A stretch of 64,000 nucleotides of DNA, taken from Actinomycetota bacterium (GTDB lineage: Bacteria > Actinomycetota > UBA4738 > HRBIN12). A program made the translations under genes and the position numbers. Location of the stretch: assembly GCA_038249195.1 (NCBI GenBank), contig JBBRWM010000005.1, positions 190,220 to 254,219 of the forward strand, written 5' to 3'. Position 1 is the first letter of the stretch. Every line of letters starts with the position of its first letter. Of the stretch, positions 1 through 11,201 are shown piece by piece. The notes beneath the pieces were generated by a model. The model was not told the origin of the DNA. It searched no databases and saw only the letters and a program-made list of their open reading frames with translations.

Positions 1-1427
1 GGCACGGCGCCCGCCGCGCCGCCGATCACGATGTTCTGCGTGGTGGTGCGCTTGAGCCACATCGTGTAGACGAAGACGTAGAACGCGATGGCGGCCAACG
101 CGAGCTCCGCCGCCAGGACGTTCACCGCGATGGCGAGGAAGAAGAACGAGATCGCCCCCAGCACGAACGCGAAGCGCAGCGCCTGATCGGGGGTGACCGC
201 GGATGAGGGCAGCGGGCGCCGGCGCGTGCGCCTCATCACCTCGTCGATGTCGCGGTCGAGGTACTGGTTCGTGGCGTTCGCGGAGCCGGCCGCCAGGGCG
301 CCGCCCAAGAGGGTCGCGAGGACCAACCGGAGGGGCGGCATCCCGTGGCCGGCCAGGAACATGGCAGGAACCGTGGTGACGAGGAGCAGGAAGATGATCT
401 CCGGTTTGGTGAGGCGGTAGTACGCGGTGATGCGATCCTTCGCCGACGTGGGGCTCGGCGACCGCGCCTCCTCCGCATGTGTGTCGTCGTCCGTGGCCCT
501 CGCGCCGGCCGCCCGGGCGCTCGCCACGGTGGCGAGGGTCACGAGGCACGCCCAGACGAGCACGGACAGCGCCACGTGCATGACCACCGCCCACGGCTTG
601 AGTCGCGTCCACACCTGGGCGGCGCCAACCAGGATCTGTGCCACGAACAGGGCGACCGCCAACGTCGAGAGCGCGACCAGGTTCTTGGAGCGCTGTGCCA
701 TCGTGCGGGCCCGGATCATCGCGAAGAGTACGAGGAGGAAGACGAGGGCCGCGAGGATCCGATGCAGGAACATCGCCGTATCCGCTCCTCCGAGCGCGGG
801 CACGAGCTTGCCGTCCATCAGGGGCCAGTCCGTGAAGGCCAGCCCGGCCCCCTTGGCGCGGACGTAGGTGCCCACGAGCAGGAGCACGGCGGTCGCGCCC
901 ACGGTGAGGAGCGAGAGACGGGCGAAGCCGTCGCCGCGCGTCGCCGTCCGCGTCGCCCCCGTCCGCGTCGCCCCCGTCCGCGTCGCCCCCGTCCGCAGGA
1001 AGCTGTTCGCCGCGAGGTAGGTCACGTCGGCCACGAACGCGAGCGCCACCGCGAAATGGATCGTGACCCACCAGGGGTTCAGATCCGTCTTCACGACGAT
1101 GCCGCCTAGGACGGCCTGTCCCAGCACGAGGGGGATCGCGGCGAGGGCCGGCCATACGATGGAACGGATCTCCCGGTAGCCGCGCCACGCGAAGAACGCC
1201 GTGACGAAGACGAGGATCGTGGACACGAAGACCAGGAAGCGGTGGGAGAACTCGATCAGCGAGTGCACGGTGCCTTCGGGGAAGAGCTGGCCCGGGAAGC
1301 AGTTGGGCCAGGTGACGCACCCGAGCCCGGAGCCGGTCCCGCGCACCAGCCCGCCCACGCTGAACAACACGATGGTGCAGGCGGCGGTCGCGAGCGTGAG
1401 CTTCTGGAACCGGGAGGCCCGAGCCAT
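1..1427 (-). CDS. ctaA-ctaB: Fused heme A synthase (CtaA/COX15) + protoheme IX farnesyltransferase (CtaB/CyoE); 3' end outside window
   Basis: Not in the ORF track (no stop in window). Manual translation from ATG at 1427 gives MARASRFQKL...GSGLGCVTWPNC...IEFSHR (CtaA), continuing in the same frame into YYRLTKPEII...NQYLDRDIDEVMRRTRRRPLP...YTMWLKRTTTQNIVIGG (CtaB). Confidence 0.9.
   Translation of the reverse strand, partial: MARASRFQKLTLATAACTIVLFSVGGLVRGTGSGLGCVTWPNCFPGQLFPEGTVHSLIEFSHRFLVFVSTILVFVTAFFAWRGYREIRSIVWPALAAIPLVLGQAVLGGIVVKTDLNPWWVTIHFAVALAFVADVTYLAANSFLRTGATRTGATRTGATRTATRGDGFARLSLLTVGATAVLLLVGTYVRAKGAGLAFTDWPLMDGKLVPALGGADTAMFLHRILAALVFLLVLFAMIRARTMAQRSKNLVALSTLAVALFVAQILVGAAQVWTRLKPWAVVMHVALSVLVWACLVTLATVASARAAGARATDDDTHAEEARSPSPTSAKDRITAYYRLTKPEIIFLLLVTTVPAMFLAGHGMPPLRLVLATLLGGALAAGSANATNQYLDRDIDEVMRRTRRRPLPSSAVTPDQALRFAFVLGAISFFFLAIAVNVLAAELALAAIAFYVFVYTMWLKRTTTQNIVIGGAAGAV
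946..996. repeat. 15-bp tandem repeat (GTCCGCGTCGCCCCC x3.4) encoding RTGAT repeats inside ctaA
   Basis: Identical units at 946, 961 and 976 plus a partial unit at 991; in frame. Confidence 0.95.
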
Positions 1428-1477
1428 GCCCGCATGATAGACGCTGCGCGGGGCTCGGCGATTGCGATACTGGTCGG

Positions 1478-2353
1478 GTGCACGCCCCCGACGACCTGCT
1501 TCCACCCGCACCCATCGATGGCGTGGAGGCGGTGCTGGACGCCTTCCTGTCGGAGTGCCGCGAGGAGACCGAGGCCGACGAACCGCGCGCCACGCTGCCG
1601 CTCGAGGAGATCCGTCGCCTGGTCGCGGCCGGCGGCAAGCGTCTGCGCCCGGCGTTCTGCTTCTGGGGCTATCGCGCGGCGGGCGGCCCGCACGGGCGAC
1701 CCATCCTGCGAGCCGCCGCGGCCCTGGAGCTCCTCCACACCATGGCGTTGATCCACGACGACCTGATGGACGGGGCGACCGAGCGCCGGGGGGTGCCGGC
1801 GAGCGCGGCGTTCCTCGAGGCCGAGGCCGGACGGCTGCGGCTCCCCGTCGACGCCGAGACGTTCGGGCGTTCGGCGGCGATCCTCGCGGGCGACCTCGCG
1901 GCGGTGCTGGCCGACCGGCTGCTCCTGACATCCGGGTTCGCTCCCGAGCGGATCGTGGCGGCGCAGGCGCGCTACCACCGCATGCGCACCGAGATGGCCG
2001 AGGGGCAGTTCCTGGACGTCGCGGGGCTCGCGTCCGAGCCCGTTTCGGCGCGCCGGGCGGCCGTGCTCAAGGGGGGCGCCTACACGACGGAGGGGCCGCT
2101 GCTGATGGGCGCCGCGTTGGCCGGCGCCTCGGCGGACCAGGAGGCGGCGCTCGCGCGGTTCGGCGCGCCGCTGGGGGAGGCCTTCCAGCTGCGGGACGAC
2201 CTTCACGACGGCGACGGCGTGGCTGGGGCCACGCCCCGGGACGTGAACGAGCTCGTTGCGCGCGCCCGCGCGGAGCTCGACGCCACCTCCGTCCTGGACC
2301 CCGAGGCCGTGATCGCGCTGAGGGCGATGGCCGAGCGCTTGGAGATGACGTGA
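1478..2353 (+). CDS. Polyprenyl diphosphate synthase (GGPP synthase-like)
   Basis: GGKRLRP, ELLHTMALIHDDLMD...RRG (first Asp-rich motif), GQFLD, FQLRDD. Confidence 0.9.
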   Translation: MHAPDDLLPPAPIDGVEAVLDAFLSECREETEADEPRATLPLEEIRRLVAAGGKRLRPAFCFWGYRAAGGPHGRPILRAAAALELLHTMALIHDDLMDGATERRGVPASAAFLEAEAGRLRLPVDAETFGRSAAILAGDLAAVLADRLLLTSGFAPERIVAAQARYHRMRTEMAEGQFLDVAGLASEPVSARRAAVLKGGAYTTEGPLLMGAALAGASADQEAALARFGAPLGEAFQLRDDLHDGDGVAGATPRDVNELVARARAELDATSVLDPEAVIALRAMAERLEMT

Positions 2354-2775
2354 GCGACGACCTCGAATCCCTGCGCCGCGCCTTCAAGGACATCCCCGCC
2401 TGCCGGGTGGGCACCGTGCGCTCCGACGGAGGTCCCCACGTCTGCACCCGTTGGTTCGTGTGGCGCGACGACGCCCTCTATGTGGCCACGCGGATGGGGG
2501 GCCGGACCTGGGAGCACGGCATGCGCGACCCACGCGTGAGCGTCGTCATCGACCGCGGACGCGACTGGACCGAGCTCGCCGGGGTGCGGGTGGAGGGGGT
2601 CGCCGAGGCCCTGCCGGCCGAGCATCCGGACCTGCGCGCCCCCATGTCCGCTTGGCACGAGAAGTACCGAACGATGCTCGGCGGCGACTCGTTCGAGCGC
2701 TTGACGGAAGCCGTGCCCGCCCTCGGGTTCCTGCGCGTCCCCCCGTCACGGATGGAGGCCTGGGATCACCGTTGA
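2350..2775 (+). CDS. Pyridoxamine 5'-phosphate oxidase-like (split-barrel flavin/F420-binding) protein
   Basis: GTG overlaps the upstream stop; TVRSDGGPHV..WF..., RDPRVSVVID motifs. Confidence 0.75.
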   Translation: MSDDLESLRRAFKDIPACRVGTVRSDGGPHVCTRWFVWRDDALYVATRMGGRTWEHGMRDPRVSVVIDRGRDWTELAGVRVEGVAEALPAEHPDLRAPMSAWHEKYRTMLGGDSFERLTEAVPALGFLRVPPSRMEAWDHR

Positions 2776-2804
2776 AGCGTTCCGCGGTAGCCTGGAGAGG
2801 TACT

Positions 2805-2822
2805 TTGTGAACGGTTTCACAA
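2805..2822. promoter_or_regulatory. Rex (NADH/NAD+ redox-sensing repressor) operator
   Basis: Perfect palindrome TTGTGAA-cggt-TTCACAA in the spacer upstream of the reductase-nuo operon; matches the Rex consensus. Confidence 0.9.
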
Positions 2823-2864
2823 GCTGAGGCCCCGACCGTTCCTCGGGGCCACCGGGGGGAACGC

Positions 2865-4115
2865 GTGAGTTCGCAACGCATCGAGACCGACGTCCTGGTG
2901 GTGGGGGCCGGCCCGGGCGGGTCGGCGGCCGCCTATCACCTCGCGCGGCACGGGATCGACGTCACGCTCGTCGACCGGTCTTCCTTCCCGCGCGAGAAGG
3001 TCTGCGGCGACGGGCTCACCCCCCGAAGCGTCGGCGCGATGCTCCGGATGGGGATCGACCCCGATCAGCCGGGCTTCGAGCGGGTGCTCGGCCTCCGCGT
3101 GTACTCCCGTCGGGCCACAGTGGAGCTCCCGTGGCCCGAGCTGTCGAGCTGGCCGGGCTACGGGTTGGTGATGACCCGCCACGACTTCGACGCGCTGCTG
3201 GTCGATCGAGCGCGACAGGCGGGAGCGCGGCTCATGGAGGGGTCCGAGGTCCTGGGGCCGATCATCGAGGATGGATGGGTGCGCGGCGCCATGGTGCGTC
3301 CGGCGGGGGACAAGGATGCGGAACCCTCGCAGATCCGCGCGCGGTTCTCGATCGCCGCCGACGGGGCCGCGAGCCGCTTCGCGAAGCCCGCGGGCGTCGT
3401 CCGCGACGATTCGCGCCCGCTGGGGATCGCGGCGCGCCGCTACTACCGCAGCCCGTATCACCCCGGACCGTGGTTCGAATCATGGCTCGATCTGTGGGAG
3501 GGCGAGCTGCTCCTCCCCGGCTACGGCTGGCTCTTCCCCGTCGCCGGCGGGCGGATCAACCTCGGGGCGGGGCTGCTCAACACGTTCAAAGACTTCAGGT
3601 CGATCTCGGCCCAGCGCCTCTTCGACGCGTTCGCGACGATGCTCCCGGCGGACTGGGAGATCGACGAGGAGCATGCGGAGGGGAAGGTCCTGTCCGGGCC
3701 GCTGCCGATGAGCATGAACCGGGTGCCGCAGGCCGTGCCGGGCCTCCTGCTCGTGGGCGACGCCGCGGGGGCCGTCAACCCCTTCAACGGCGAGGGCATC
3801 GCCTATGCCATCGAGACCGCCGAGATCGCCGCCGAGCTCACGCACGAGGCCCTCGTGAAGGACCGCCCCGGGCTGGCCATGATGTACCCCACGGTGTTGC
3901 GTGAACGCTACGGCGCGTACTTCACGCTGGGGCGGGGGTTCGCCAAGATCGTCGGCCGCCCGGCCATCATGGGCGCGGCCACCCGCTACCTCCTGCCGAA
4001 CCAGCGGGTCATGAACTTGGCCATGCGCATGATGGCGAACCTCACCGACGGCAAGGATGGGGACGCGAAGGACAGGCTCTTCTACGTTATGGAACGGTTG
4101 GTGAAGGCGTCATGA
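2865..4115 (+). CDS. Geranylgeranyl reductase family FAD oxidoreductase (MenJ-like menaquinone reductase)
   Basis: DVLVVGAGPGG, FPREKVCGDGLTPR, GYGWLFP, VGDAAGAVNPFNGEGIAYA; typical position upstream of nuoA. Confidence 0.88.
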   Translation: MSSQRIETDVLVVGAGPGGSAAAYHLARHGIDVTLVDRSSFPREKVCGDGLTPRSVGAMLRMGIDPDQPGFERVLGLRVYSRRATVELPWPELSSWPGYGLVMTRHDFDALLVDRARQAGARLMEGSEVLGPIIEDGWVRGAMVRPAGDKDAEPSQIRARFSIAADGAASRFAKPAGVVRDDSRPLGIAARRYYRSPYHPGPWFESWLDLWEGELLLPGYGWLFPVAGGRINLGAGLLNTFKDFRSISAQRLFDAFATMLPADWEIDEEHAEGKVLSGPLPMSMNRVPQAVPGLLLVGDAAGAVNPFNGEGIAYAIETAEIAAELTHEALVKDRPGLAMMYPTVLRERYGAYFTLGRGFAKIVGRPAIMGAATRYLLPNQRVMNLAMRMMANLTDGKDGDAKDRLFYVMERLVKAS

Positions 4116-4122
4116 CAGTAGG

Positions 4123-4593
4123 ATGCCGCGCGTGCTGATCGACTACCTGCCCATCGCGATCATGGGGGCGTTGGCGATCGCCTTCGCGGCCGCCTCGATG
4201 GTCGCCTCCCGGGCCCTGCGACCTCATCGCCCCAACCCGGTGAAGCTCTCCGCGTACGAGTGCGGCAACGATCCGGTACGGCTGCCGCGCGGCGAGAAGT
4301 TCAGCGTGAAGTTCTACGTGGTGGCCATGCTTTTCATCATCTTCGACGTCGAGGTGATCTTCCTCTTCCCGTGGGCCGTGACCTTCCGCCAGCTGGGGTT
4401 GTTCGGCCTCGCGGAGATGGCCGTGTTCATCGCGCTCGTGTTCGTGGCCTACCTCTATATCTGGCGCAAGGGCGGGCTCGACTGGGTCGACGAGGTCACG
4501 CCGGCGCAGACCGAAGCCCTCGCGCGCGCGAAGGCGGAGACGGAGGCGGTCAGGGACGCGCCCGAAGAGCTGGGAGCCGTCGGTGCCCGTTGA
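4123..4593 (+). CDS. nuoA: NADH-quinone oxidoreductase subunit A (start may be GTG 4132)
   Basis: [31 protein letters not shown]. Confidence 0.95.
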   Translation: MPRVLIDYLPIAIMGALAIAFAAASMVASRALRPHRPNPVKLSAYECGNDPVRLPRGEKFSVKFYVVAMLFIIFDVEVIFLFPWAVTFRQLGLFGLAEMAVFIALVFVAYLYIWRKGGLDWVDEVTPAQTEALARAKAETEAVRDAPEELGAVGAR

Positions 4594-5101
4594 GCGCGTC
4601 GAGGGCCTGCACCTCGGCAAGACGCCCGAGGAGATCGAGGAGGAGGTCAGCCGGGGCGTCCTGCTGACCTCGCTCGACCGGGCGGTGGGGTGGGCGCGGA
4701 AGCAGTCGATGTGGCCCGCCACCTTCGGGCTGGCGTGCTGTGCCATCGAGATGATGTCGGCGGGCGCGGGCAAGTACGACCTGTCGCGCTGGGGGATGGA
4801 ACTGTTCAGGGCGTCGCCGCGCCAGGCGGACCTGATGATCGTGGCGGGCCGGGTGAGCCAGAAGATGGCGCCGGTGCTGCGACGGATCTACGACCAGATG
4901 CCCGAGCCGCGCTGGGTGATCTCCATGGGCGTGTGCGCCTCGGCAGGCGGCATGTTCACGAACTACGCGATCGTCCAGGGCGTGGACACCATCGTCCCGG
5001 TGGACGTCTACGTCCCCGGGTGCCCGCCGAAGCCCGAGATGCTGATGTACGGGATCCTCACCTTGCAGGAGAAGGTGCGCACCGCGGAGCCGTTCAAGTG
5101 A
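4583..5101 (+). CDS. nuoB: NADH-quinone oxidoreductase subunit B
   Basis: [28 protein letters not shown]. Confidence 0.97.
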   Translation: MPVERVEGLHLGKTPEEIEEEVSRGVLLTSLDRAVGWARKQSMWPATFGLACCAIEMMSAGAGKYDLSRWGMELFRASPRQADLMIVAGRVSQKMAPVLRRIYDQMPEPRWVISMGVCASAGGMFTNYAIVQGVDTIVPVDVYVPGCPPKPEMLMYGILTLQEKVRTAEPFK

Positions 5102-5598
5102 TCCCTCCCGCGATCGCCGAGCGCCTCGCGGACCGCTGGCCCGACTCCGTCGTGGCTCGGGGGGAGGTCACCGTCTTGGTGGCTCGGGAGGAACTGCTCG
5201 ACCTCCTGGGCTCGGCGCGCGAGGACGCGGAGCTCTCCTTCGACTTCCTCTCGTCCGTGAGCGCCACGGACTGGCCGGGCAAGGACCCGCGCTTCTGGGT
5301 GATCTACGAGCTCCGTTCGATGGAGCATCTTCACCGGTTGCGGGTGAAGGTGGGGCTGCGCGAGGACGACGCGCACCTGCCGAGCGTCACGTCGATGTTC
5401 CCCACCGCCAACTGGCACGAGCGGGAGACGTTCGACCTGTTCGGGATCGTATTCGACGGCCATCCCGACCTCACGCGGATCTTGCTGCCGGAGGGGTGGG
5501 AGGGTCACCCGCTGCTGAAGACCGAGGAGCTGGGCGGCGTCAACACGCGGTACCAGGGCGCGTTCATCCCCCCCGTCGACACGCGCCTCGGTACCTGA
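5098..5598 (+). CDS. nuoC: NADH-quinone oxidoreductase subunit C
   Basis: [36 protein letters not shown]; GTGA overlap with nuoB. Confidence 0.95.
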   Translation: MIPPAIAERLADRWPDSVVARGEVTVLVAREELLDLLGSAREDAELSFDFLSSVSATDWPGKDPRFWVIYELRSMEHLHRLRVKVGLREDDAHLPSVTSMFPTANWHERETFDLFGIVFDGHPDLTRILLPEGWEGHPLLKTEELGGVNTRYQGAFIPPVDTRLGT

Positions 5599-5609
5599 CG
5601 GGGGAAACG

Positions 5610-6878
5610 ATGCGGGACACACCGCTCGAGCGGCTCGTCGATCAAGCCTCCGGGGAGATCCGCCAGGAGACGATGATCATCAACATGGGGCCGCAGCACC
5701 CCTCCACCCATGGCGTGCTGCGGCTGTTGTTGGAACTCGACGGCGAGACCGTGATCAGTTGCAAGCCGGTCATCGGCTACCTCCACACCGGCATCGAGAA
5801 GAACACCGAGTACCGAACGTGGGGCCAGGGCATCACGTTCGTCACCCGAGCCGACTACCTGTCGCCGTTCTTCAACGAGCTGGGCTACTGCTTGGCGGTG
5901 GAGCGGCTGTTGGGGGTGGAGGCGCCGCCGCGAGCCCAGATCCTGCGCGTGATGTTCAACGAGCTGAATCGTATCTCGTCGCATCTCGTCTGGCTCGCCA
6001 CGAGCGCGCTCGAGCTCGGCGCGGTGAGCGTGATGCTCTACGGATTCCGCGAGCGCGAGGTGCTGCTGGACATCTTCGAGGGCGCCACGGGCCTGCGCAT
6101 GAACCACAACTACATCCGCATCGGCGGCGTCATCATGGACGTCGATGACGAGGGCCTCCCGAAGATCCGGGCGTTCCTCGATGCCATGCCCAAGCGGATC
6201 GACGACTACGAGTCGATCCTGAACGACAACCCCATCTGGCTGGAACGCAACGTCGGCGTGGGCAAGCTCTCCGCCGAGGACGCGCTGTCCTTCGGCGTCA
6301 CGGGCCCGATGCTGCGGGCCGCGGGCGTGGCCGCGGACGTGCGCAAGGACGCGCCGTACTGCGGCTACGAGACCTTCGACTTCGAGGTCCCCGTCCGAAC
6401 CGAGGCCGACGCCTATAGCCGCTACGTCCTGCGCCTGGCCGAGATGCGCGAGTCCATGAAGATCGTGGCCCAGTGCGTGGAGCGGCTGGACGAGCCCGGC
6501 CCCGTGATGGTGGACGACCCCAAGGTCGGCTGGCCCTCGAAGCTCTCGGTGGGCCCGGACGGGATCGGGAACGACCCTGCGTACCTGCGGCACATCATGG
6601 AGGAGTCGATGGAGGCGCTCATCCATCACTTCATGATGGTGACCCAGGGCGTCGAGGTCCCGCCGGGCGAGGTGTACCAGGCCGTGGAGTCCCCGCGGGG
6701 CGAGCTCGGTTTCTACGTGGTCTCCGACGGAGAGCACCGGCCGTATCGCGTGAAGATCCGAGACCCCTCGTTCGTGAACCTGCAGGCCACGGCCGCCATG
6801 GTGGAGGGCTCATTGGTGGCCGATGCGATCGCGGCCATCGCGAGCGTGGATCCCGTCCTGGGTGGGGTGGACCGCTGA
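5610..6878 (+). CDS. nuoD: NADH-quinone oxidoreductase subunit D
   Basis: [34 protein letters not shown]-terminal GGVDR. Confidence 0.97.
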   Translation: MRDTPLERLVDQASGEIRQETMIINMGPQHPSTHGVLRLLLELDGETVISCKPVIGYLHTGIEKNTEYRTWGQGITFVTRADYLSPFFNELGYCLAVERLLGVEAPPRAQILRVMFNELNRISSHLVWLATSALELGAVSVMLYGFREREVLLDIFEGATGLRMNHNYIRIGGVIMDVDDEGLPKIRAFLDAMPKRIDDYESILNDNPIWLERNVGVGKLSAEDALSFGVTGPMLRAAGVAADVRKDAPYCGYETFDFEVPVRTEADAYSRYVLRLAEMRESMKIVAQCVERLDEPGPVMVDDPKVGWPSKLSVGPDGIGNDPAYLRHIMEESMEALIHHFMMVTQGVEVPPGEVYQAVESPRGELGFYVVSDGEHRPYRVKIRDPSFVNLQATAAMVEGSLVADAIAAIASVDPVLGGVDR

Positions 6879-7459
6879 TGACCGTGTTCGTCGACGCGGT
6901 GCGGCGGGAGGCGGGATCGATCATCGCCCGCTACCCCCAGGGCCGCGAGCGCTCGGCGATCATGCCCCTGCTGTACCTCGCCCAGTCGGAGGAGGGTCGG
7001 GTGACGCGCGAGGGGCTGCAGGAGGTCGCCGGTCTGCTGGGGCTCAAGACCGCCGAGGTCGAGGCCGTGGCGACGTTCTACTCGATGTACCGCCTCCGAC
7101 CCACCGGTGAGCATCTCGTCAACGTGTGCACGAACCTCGCCTGCTTGCTCCGGGGCGGCAAGGACGTGTACGAGGCCGCGCATCGAGCGGCCGTCGTGGC
7201 CCACGGCGAGGAGCTGTCCGAGGACGGCTTGCTCAGCGTGCACGAGGAGGAGTGCCTCGGCGTGTGCGAATTCGCGCCCGCCGTGCAGATCGACTTCGCG
7301 AACCACGACAACGTCACGCCCGAGCGGATGGGCGAGCTTATCGCCGAGCTTCGCGCGGGCCGCACGCCGGAACCCTCGCGCGGGCCGGCGATGCGCAGCT
7401 TCCGCCACGCCTCGCGCGTGCTCGCCGGCCTCGAACGGCCCGAGGAGGTGGGCGCGTGA
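6878..7459 (+). CDS. nuoE: NADH-quinone oxidoreductase subunit E
   Basis: VATFYSMY, VCTNLAC...ECLGVC [2Fe-2S] ligands. Confidence 0.95.
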   Translation: MTVFVDAVRREAGSIIARYPQGRERSAIMPLLYLAQSEEGRVTREGLQEVAGLLGLKTAEVEAVATFYSMYRLRPTGEHLVNVCTNLACLLRGGKDVYEAAHRAAVVAHGEELSEDGLLSVHEEECLGVCEFAPAVQIDFANHDNVTPERMGELIAELRAGRTPEPSRGPAMRSFRHASRVLAGLERPEEVGA

Positions 7460-8796
7460 GCCTCGAGTTCGAGCCGCGCCTCACGCGGGACTGGGACGAC
7501 CCGAGCGTCGCCACGCTCGCCGGGTACGTGGCTAAGGGAGGGTACGGCGCGCTGCGCGCCGCGCTGGAGATGTCCGGGGCGGATCTCATCCAGGTGGTGA
7601 AGGACTCGGGCCTGCGTGGACGCGGCGGCGCCGGGTTCCCCACGGGCATGAAATGGTCCTTCGTCCCCCAGGACACGGGCAAGCCAACCTACGTGACCGC
7701 GAACTATGACGAGTCGGAGCCCGGCACGTGCAACAACCGAGAGCTGGCCGAGCGCGACCCGCACCGGTTGATCGAAGGCACGGCCATCGCCGCCAAGGCC
7801 ATCGAGTGTCACCTCGCCTTCATCTACGTCCGCGGTGAGTACCTGTGGCAAGGCATGGTGATGCAGCGAGCGCTGGAGGAGGCCTACGCGGGCGGCTACC
7901 TGGGCAAGGGGATCGCCGGCAGCGACTACGACCTGGAGATCGTCCTGCACCGGGGCGCCGGTGCCTACATCTGCGGGGAGGAGACGGCCCTGCTGAACTC
8001 GCTCGAGGGGCTCCGCGGGGAGCCCCGCCTGCGCCCCCCCTTCCCCGCCGTCGAAGGCCTGTACGCGAGCCCCACGGTCATCAACAACGTCGAGACGCTC
8101 ATGAACGTCCCCGACATCGTGGCTCGAGGCGCCGATTGGTTCCGCTCGCAGGGGACGGAGAAGTCGCCGGGCACGAAGATGTTCACGATCAGCGGGAAGG
8201 TCGAGCGCCCGGGGAACTACGAGATCCCCATGGGCACCCCCTTCCGCGTGCTGCTCGAAGACCTCGGCGGGGGCGTGCTCCACGGCCGGGCGCTCAAGGC
8301 GTTCACCCCGGGCGGCTCGTCCACGCCGCTGCTCACCGCGGCGTCGATCGACGTTTCCCTGGACTACGAATCGATCGCGGAGGCGGGCTCGTTGCTCGGC
8401 ACCGGCGCGGTGATGGTGATGGACGACACCGACTGCGTGGTGGAGGCGGCCGAGCGCATGGTGCGGTTCTACGCACACGAGTCCTGCGGCAAGTGCACAC
8501 CGTGCCGCGAGGGGAGCTGGTGGGCCACCAGGGTGCTGGGGCGGCTCGAGGACGGGTTGGGGCGCGAACGAGACATCCCCCTCATGCACGACATGGGCAC
8601 GAACTTCCTGTTCCGCGCGTTCTGCGCGCTCGCCGACGGCACCGCTGCCGTGATCACCTCCTCGCTCGAGCATTTCGGTGACGAGTACGAGGAGCACGTT
8701 CGCCTGGGTCGCTGCCCGCTGCGGGCACCGGATCCTCAGGCTGGGACGGACCCCGACGCCCTCGCGATGGCGCCGCCGTCGGAGGTGGCCTCGTGA
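7456..8796 (+). CDS. nuoF: NADH-quinone oxidoreductase subunit F
   Basis: SGLRGRGGAGFPTGMKW, GAGAYICGEETALL, HESCGKCTPCREG. Confidence 0.97.
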   Translation: MSLEFEPRLTRDWDDPSVATLAGYVAKGGYGALRAALEMSGADLIQVVKDSGLRGRGGAGFPTGMKWSFVPQDTGKPTYVTANYDESEPGTCNNRELAERDPHRLIEGTAIAAKAIECHLAFIYVRGEYLWQGMVMQRALEEAYAGGYLGKGIAGSDYDLEIVLHRGAGAYICGEETALLNSLEGLRGEPRLRPPFPAVEGLYASPTVINNVETLMNVPDIVARGADWFRSQGTEKSPGTKMFTISGKVERPGNYEIPMGTPFRVLLEDLGGGVLHGRALKAFTPGGSSTPLLTAASIDVSLDYESIAEAGSLLGTGAVMVMDDTDCVVEAAERMVRFYAHESCGKCTPCREGSWWATRVLGRLEDGLGRERDIPLMHDMGTNFLFRAFCALADGTAAVITSSLEHFGDEYEEHVRLGRCPLRAPDPQAGTDPDALAMAPPSEVAS

Positions 8797-11201
8797 GGGG
8801 CGGGGTGACCCTCACGGTGGACGGGAAGGAGGTCACCGTGCCCAAGGGCACGCTGATAATCCGCGCGGCAGAGCAGCTCGGCATCGAGATCCCGCGGTTC
8901 TGCGATCACCCCCTGCTCGAGCCTGCCGGCGCGTGCCGCCAGTGCTACGTCCAGATCGAGGGGCAGCCCAAGCTCGCGACGTCCTGTACCGTGGGCGTGG
9001 CACCCGGCATGGTGGTCAAGACCCAGAACACGGACGAGACCGTCGCGCAGGCACAGGAGGCGAACCTGGAGTTCCTGCTGCTGAACCACCCCCTGGACTG
9101 CCCGATCTGCGACCGGGGCGGTGAGTGTCCGCTGCAGGACCAGACGATCGCGTACGGGCCCGGCGACACCCGTTTCATCGAGGCCAAGCGCACGTTCGTG
9201 AAGCCGATCCCGCTCTCCCCACTGGTGAACCTCGATCGCGAGCGCTGCATCCTGTGCGCGCGGTGTACGCGGTTCTGCGACGAGATCTCAGGGGACCGCT
9301 TCATCGAGTTGTTCGCTCGCGGGGCAGGGGAGCGCGTATCGATCGCGGCGGGCGAGGACTTCGAAAGCCCGTTCAGCGGCAATACGGTCCAGATCTGCCC
9401 CGTCGGCGCGCTCACCGCGGAGCCCTACCGTTTCGTGGCCCGCCCGTTCGACCTGTCCACCGTGGATTCGATCTGCCCACATTGCAGCGCGGGGTGCAAC
9501 GTCAAGGTGGACGTGCGCCGCGGCGAGGTCGTCCGCCAGCTCGCGCGCTCCGACTACGATGTGAACGACGCCTGGCTCTGCGACAAGGGCCGTTTCGCGT
9601 TCCGCTTCCCCGATGCGCCGGAGCGTCTCACCACGCCGTTGATCCGGGACCGTGGGCTGGAGCCCGCCTCGTTCGGCGAGGTGCTTACGCAGGTGGCCGG
9701 GCGGGCGGCGGGCGCCCGGGTGGCGATCCTCACCGGCGGCCGCCTCATGGACGAGGACTACTACGCCCTGTCCAAGCTGGCCCGAACCGTCCTGCGCACG
9801 AACGACCTGGACCATCGTCGCTCGCCGGGGGCGGGCGAGGCGGAGCGCTACGTCGCGGCCCAGCCCCTGTCGGTGTCCTACAAGGACGTCGAACGCGCCA
9901 AGGTCATCCTCGTGGCGGGCCTCGACGCGGAGCAGGAGATCCCGATCCTGCACCTGCGTCTGCGCAAGGCGGCAGCGCGGGGCGCGCGCCTGTGGGTGCT
10001 GCACCCGCGCCGCACGCGCCTGCACGACGTCGCCGCGCACATCCTCACCTCGCCCGAAGAAGCCGCCCGGCTCCTCGCCGGGGAGGGCCCCACCGGCAAC
10101 GCCGCGTTCGACGAAGCCGTCGGCGCGCTGCGAGACGCGGGCGAGGACGCCGTCGTGATCGCGGGCGAGCGGCTCGCCGGGCCCGCGGGCGGCGCGGAGG
10201 AGGCGATGGCGCTGGCGTTCGATGCCGGGGCTCGGTTCACCTACGTCACGCGCCGCGCGAACGATCGAGGAGCGCTGCGCGCCGGCGTGCATCCACGCCT
10301 GCTCCCGGGCGGGCGCACGTCCGCGGATGGCCTGGACGAGGTCGAGGCCGTCTGGGGCCCGGTGATGGATCGCGAACCGGGGCGCGACGCGCGGGCGATC
10401 CTGCAGGCCTGCGCCGACGGGGACATCGACGTGCTGTTCCTGGTGGGGGTGGATCCCCTGCGCGATGCCCCCGACGCGGCGCTGGCGTTGCGAGCGCTGC
10501 AGAACGTGCCCTACACCGTGGTGCAATCGCTGGAGCTCGGGTCGCTCGAACCCTTCGCGTCGGCGTTCCTGCCCGCCGCCGCGTTCTTGGAGAAGACCGG
10601 GCACGTCACGGATTGGGAGGGTCGCGGGCAGATGCTTCGGCCGGTGCGCGGGGCACCGGGGCTGTCCCGGCCGGACTGGGAGATCGCCGCGGGCCTCGCC
10701 CTCGCCTGCGGCGGCGACCTGGGGTTCGAGACGCTCGAGCAGCTGCACGAGGAGATGGCGCGCCTCCTCGGGCCTCGCCCCATCACGCTCGCGCTGCCGC
10801 CCCGCGAGGACCCGGCCTCGGCCTCGGCGTCGGCGTCGGCGTCGGAGGGTCTCGCGCTGGTCACCTACCCCCTCCTGGTGGACGAGGGCAGGCTCAGCGA
10901 GCGCGCCGATGAGCTCAAGGCGGCGCTCGAGCCCGACGCGTTCGTCGAGGTGCACCCCGAGGACGCCGCCGCGCTCGGGATCGCCGACGCCGGCCGTGCG
11001 CGCGTGCGCACGGAGGCCGGCGAGGCGGAGCTGCCGCTGCGGGTGACGCCGCACATCGCCCCAGGGACCGTGTTCGTGCCCTTCAACCAGCCCGGCCTCG
11101 CGGCGAACACACTCCTGAGCGGGACGTTCGACGCCAGGGCCACCCTGGAGGCGGTCGCGGGAACCGCCGCCGAGGCGGTCGGCGACGAGGTGTCTGCCTG
11201 A
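8793..11201 (+). CDS. nuoG: NADH-quinone oxidoreductase subunit G
   Basis: [47 protein letters not shown]. Confidence 0.95.
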   Translation: MRGGVTLTVDGKEVTVPKGTLIIRAAEQLGIEIPRFCDHPLLEPAGACRQCYVQIEGQPKLATSCTVGVAPGMVVKTQNTDETVAQAQEANLEFLLLNHPLDCPICDRGGECPLQDQTIAYGPGDTRFIEAKRTFVKPIPLSPLVNLDRERCILCARCTRFCDEISGDRFIELFARGAGERVSIAAGEDFESPFSGNTVQICPVGALTAEPYRFVARPFDLSTVDSICPHCSAGCNVKVDVRRGEVVRQLARSDYDVNDAWLCDKGRFAFRFPDAPERLTTPLIRDRGLEPASFGEVLTQVAGRAAGARVAILTGGRLMDEDYYALSKLARTVLRTNDLDHRRSPGAGEAERYVAAQPLSVSYKDVERAKVILVAGLDAEQEIPILHLRLRKAAARGARLWVLHPRRTRLHDVAAHILTSPEEAARLLAGEGPTGNAAFDEAVGALRDAGEDAVVIAGERLAGPAGGAEEAMALAFDAGARFTYVTRRANDRGALRAGVHPRLLPGGRTSADGLDEVEAVWGPVMDREPGRDARAILQACADGDIDVLFLVGVDPLRDAPDAALALRALQNVPYTVVQSLELGSLEPFASAFLPAAAFLEKTGHVTDWEGRGQMLRPVRGAPGLSRPDWEIAAGLALACGGDLGFETLEQLHEEMARLLGPRPITLALPPREDPASASASASASEGLALVTYPLLVDEGRLSERADELKAALEPDAFVEVHPEDAAALGIADAGRARVRTEAGEAELPLRVTPHIAPGTVFVPFNQPGLAANTLLSGTFDARATLEAVAGTAAEAVGDEVSA
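10815..10844. repeat. 6-bp microsatellite (GCc/gTCG x5) encoding (AS)5 in a NuoG linker
   Basis: gcctcg gcctcg gcgtcg gcgtcg gcgtcg. Confidence 0.8.
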
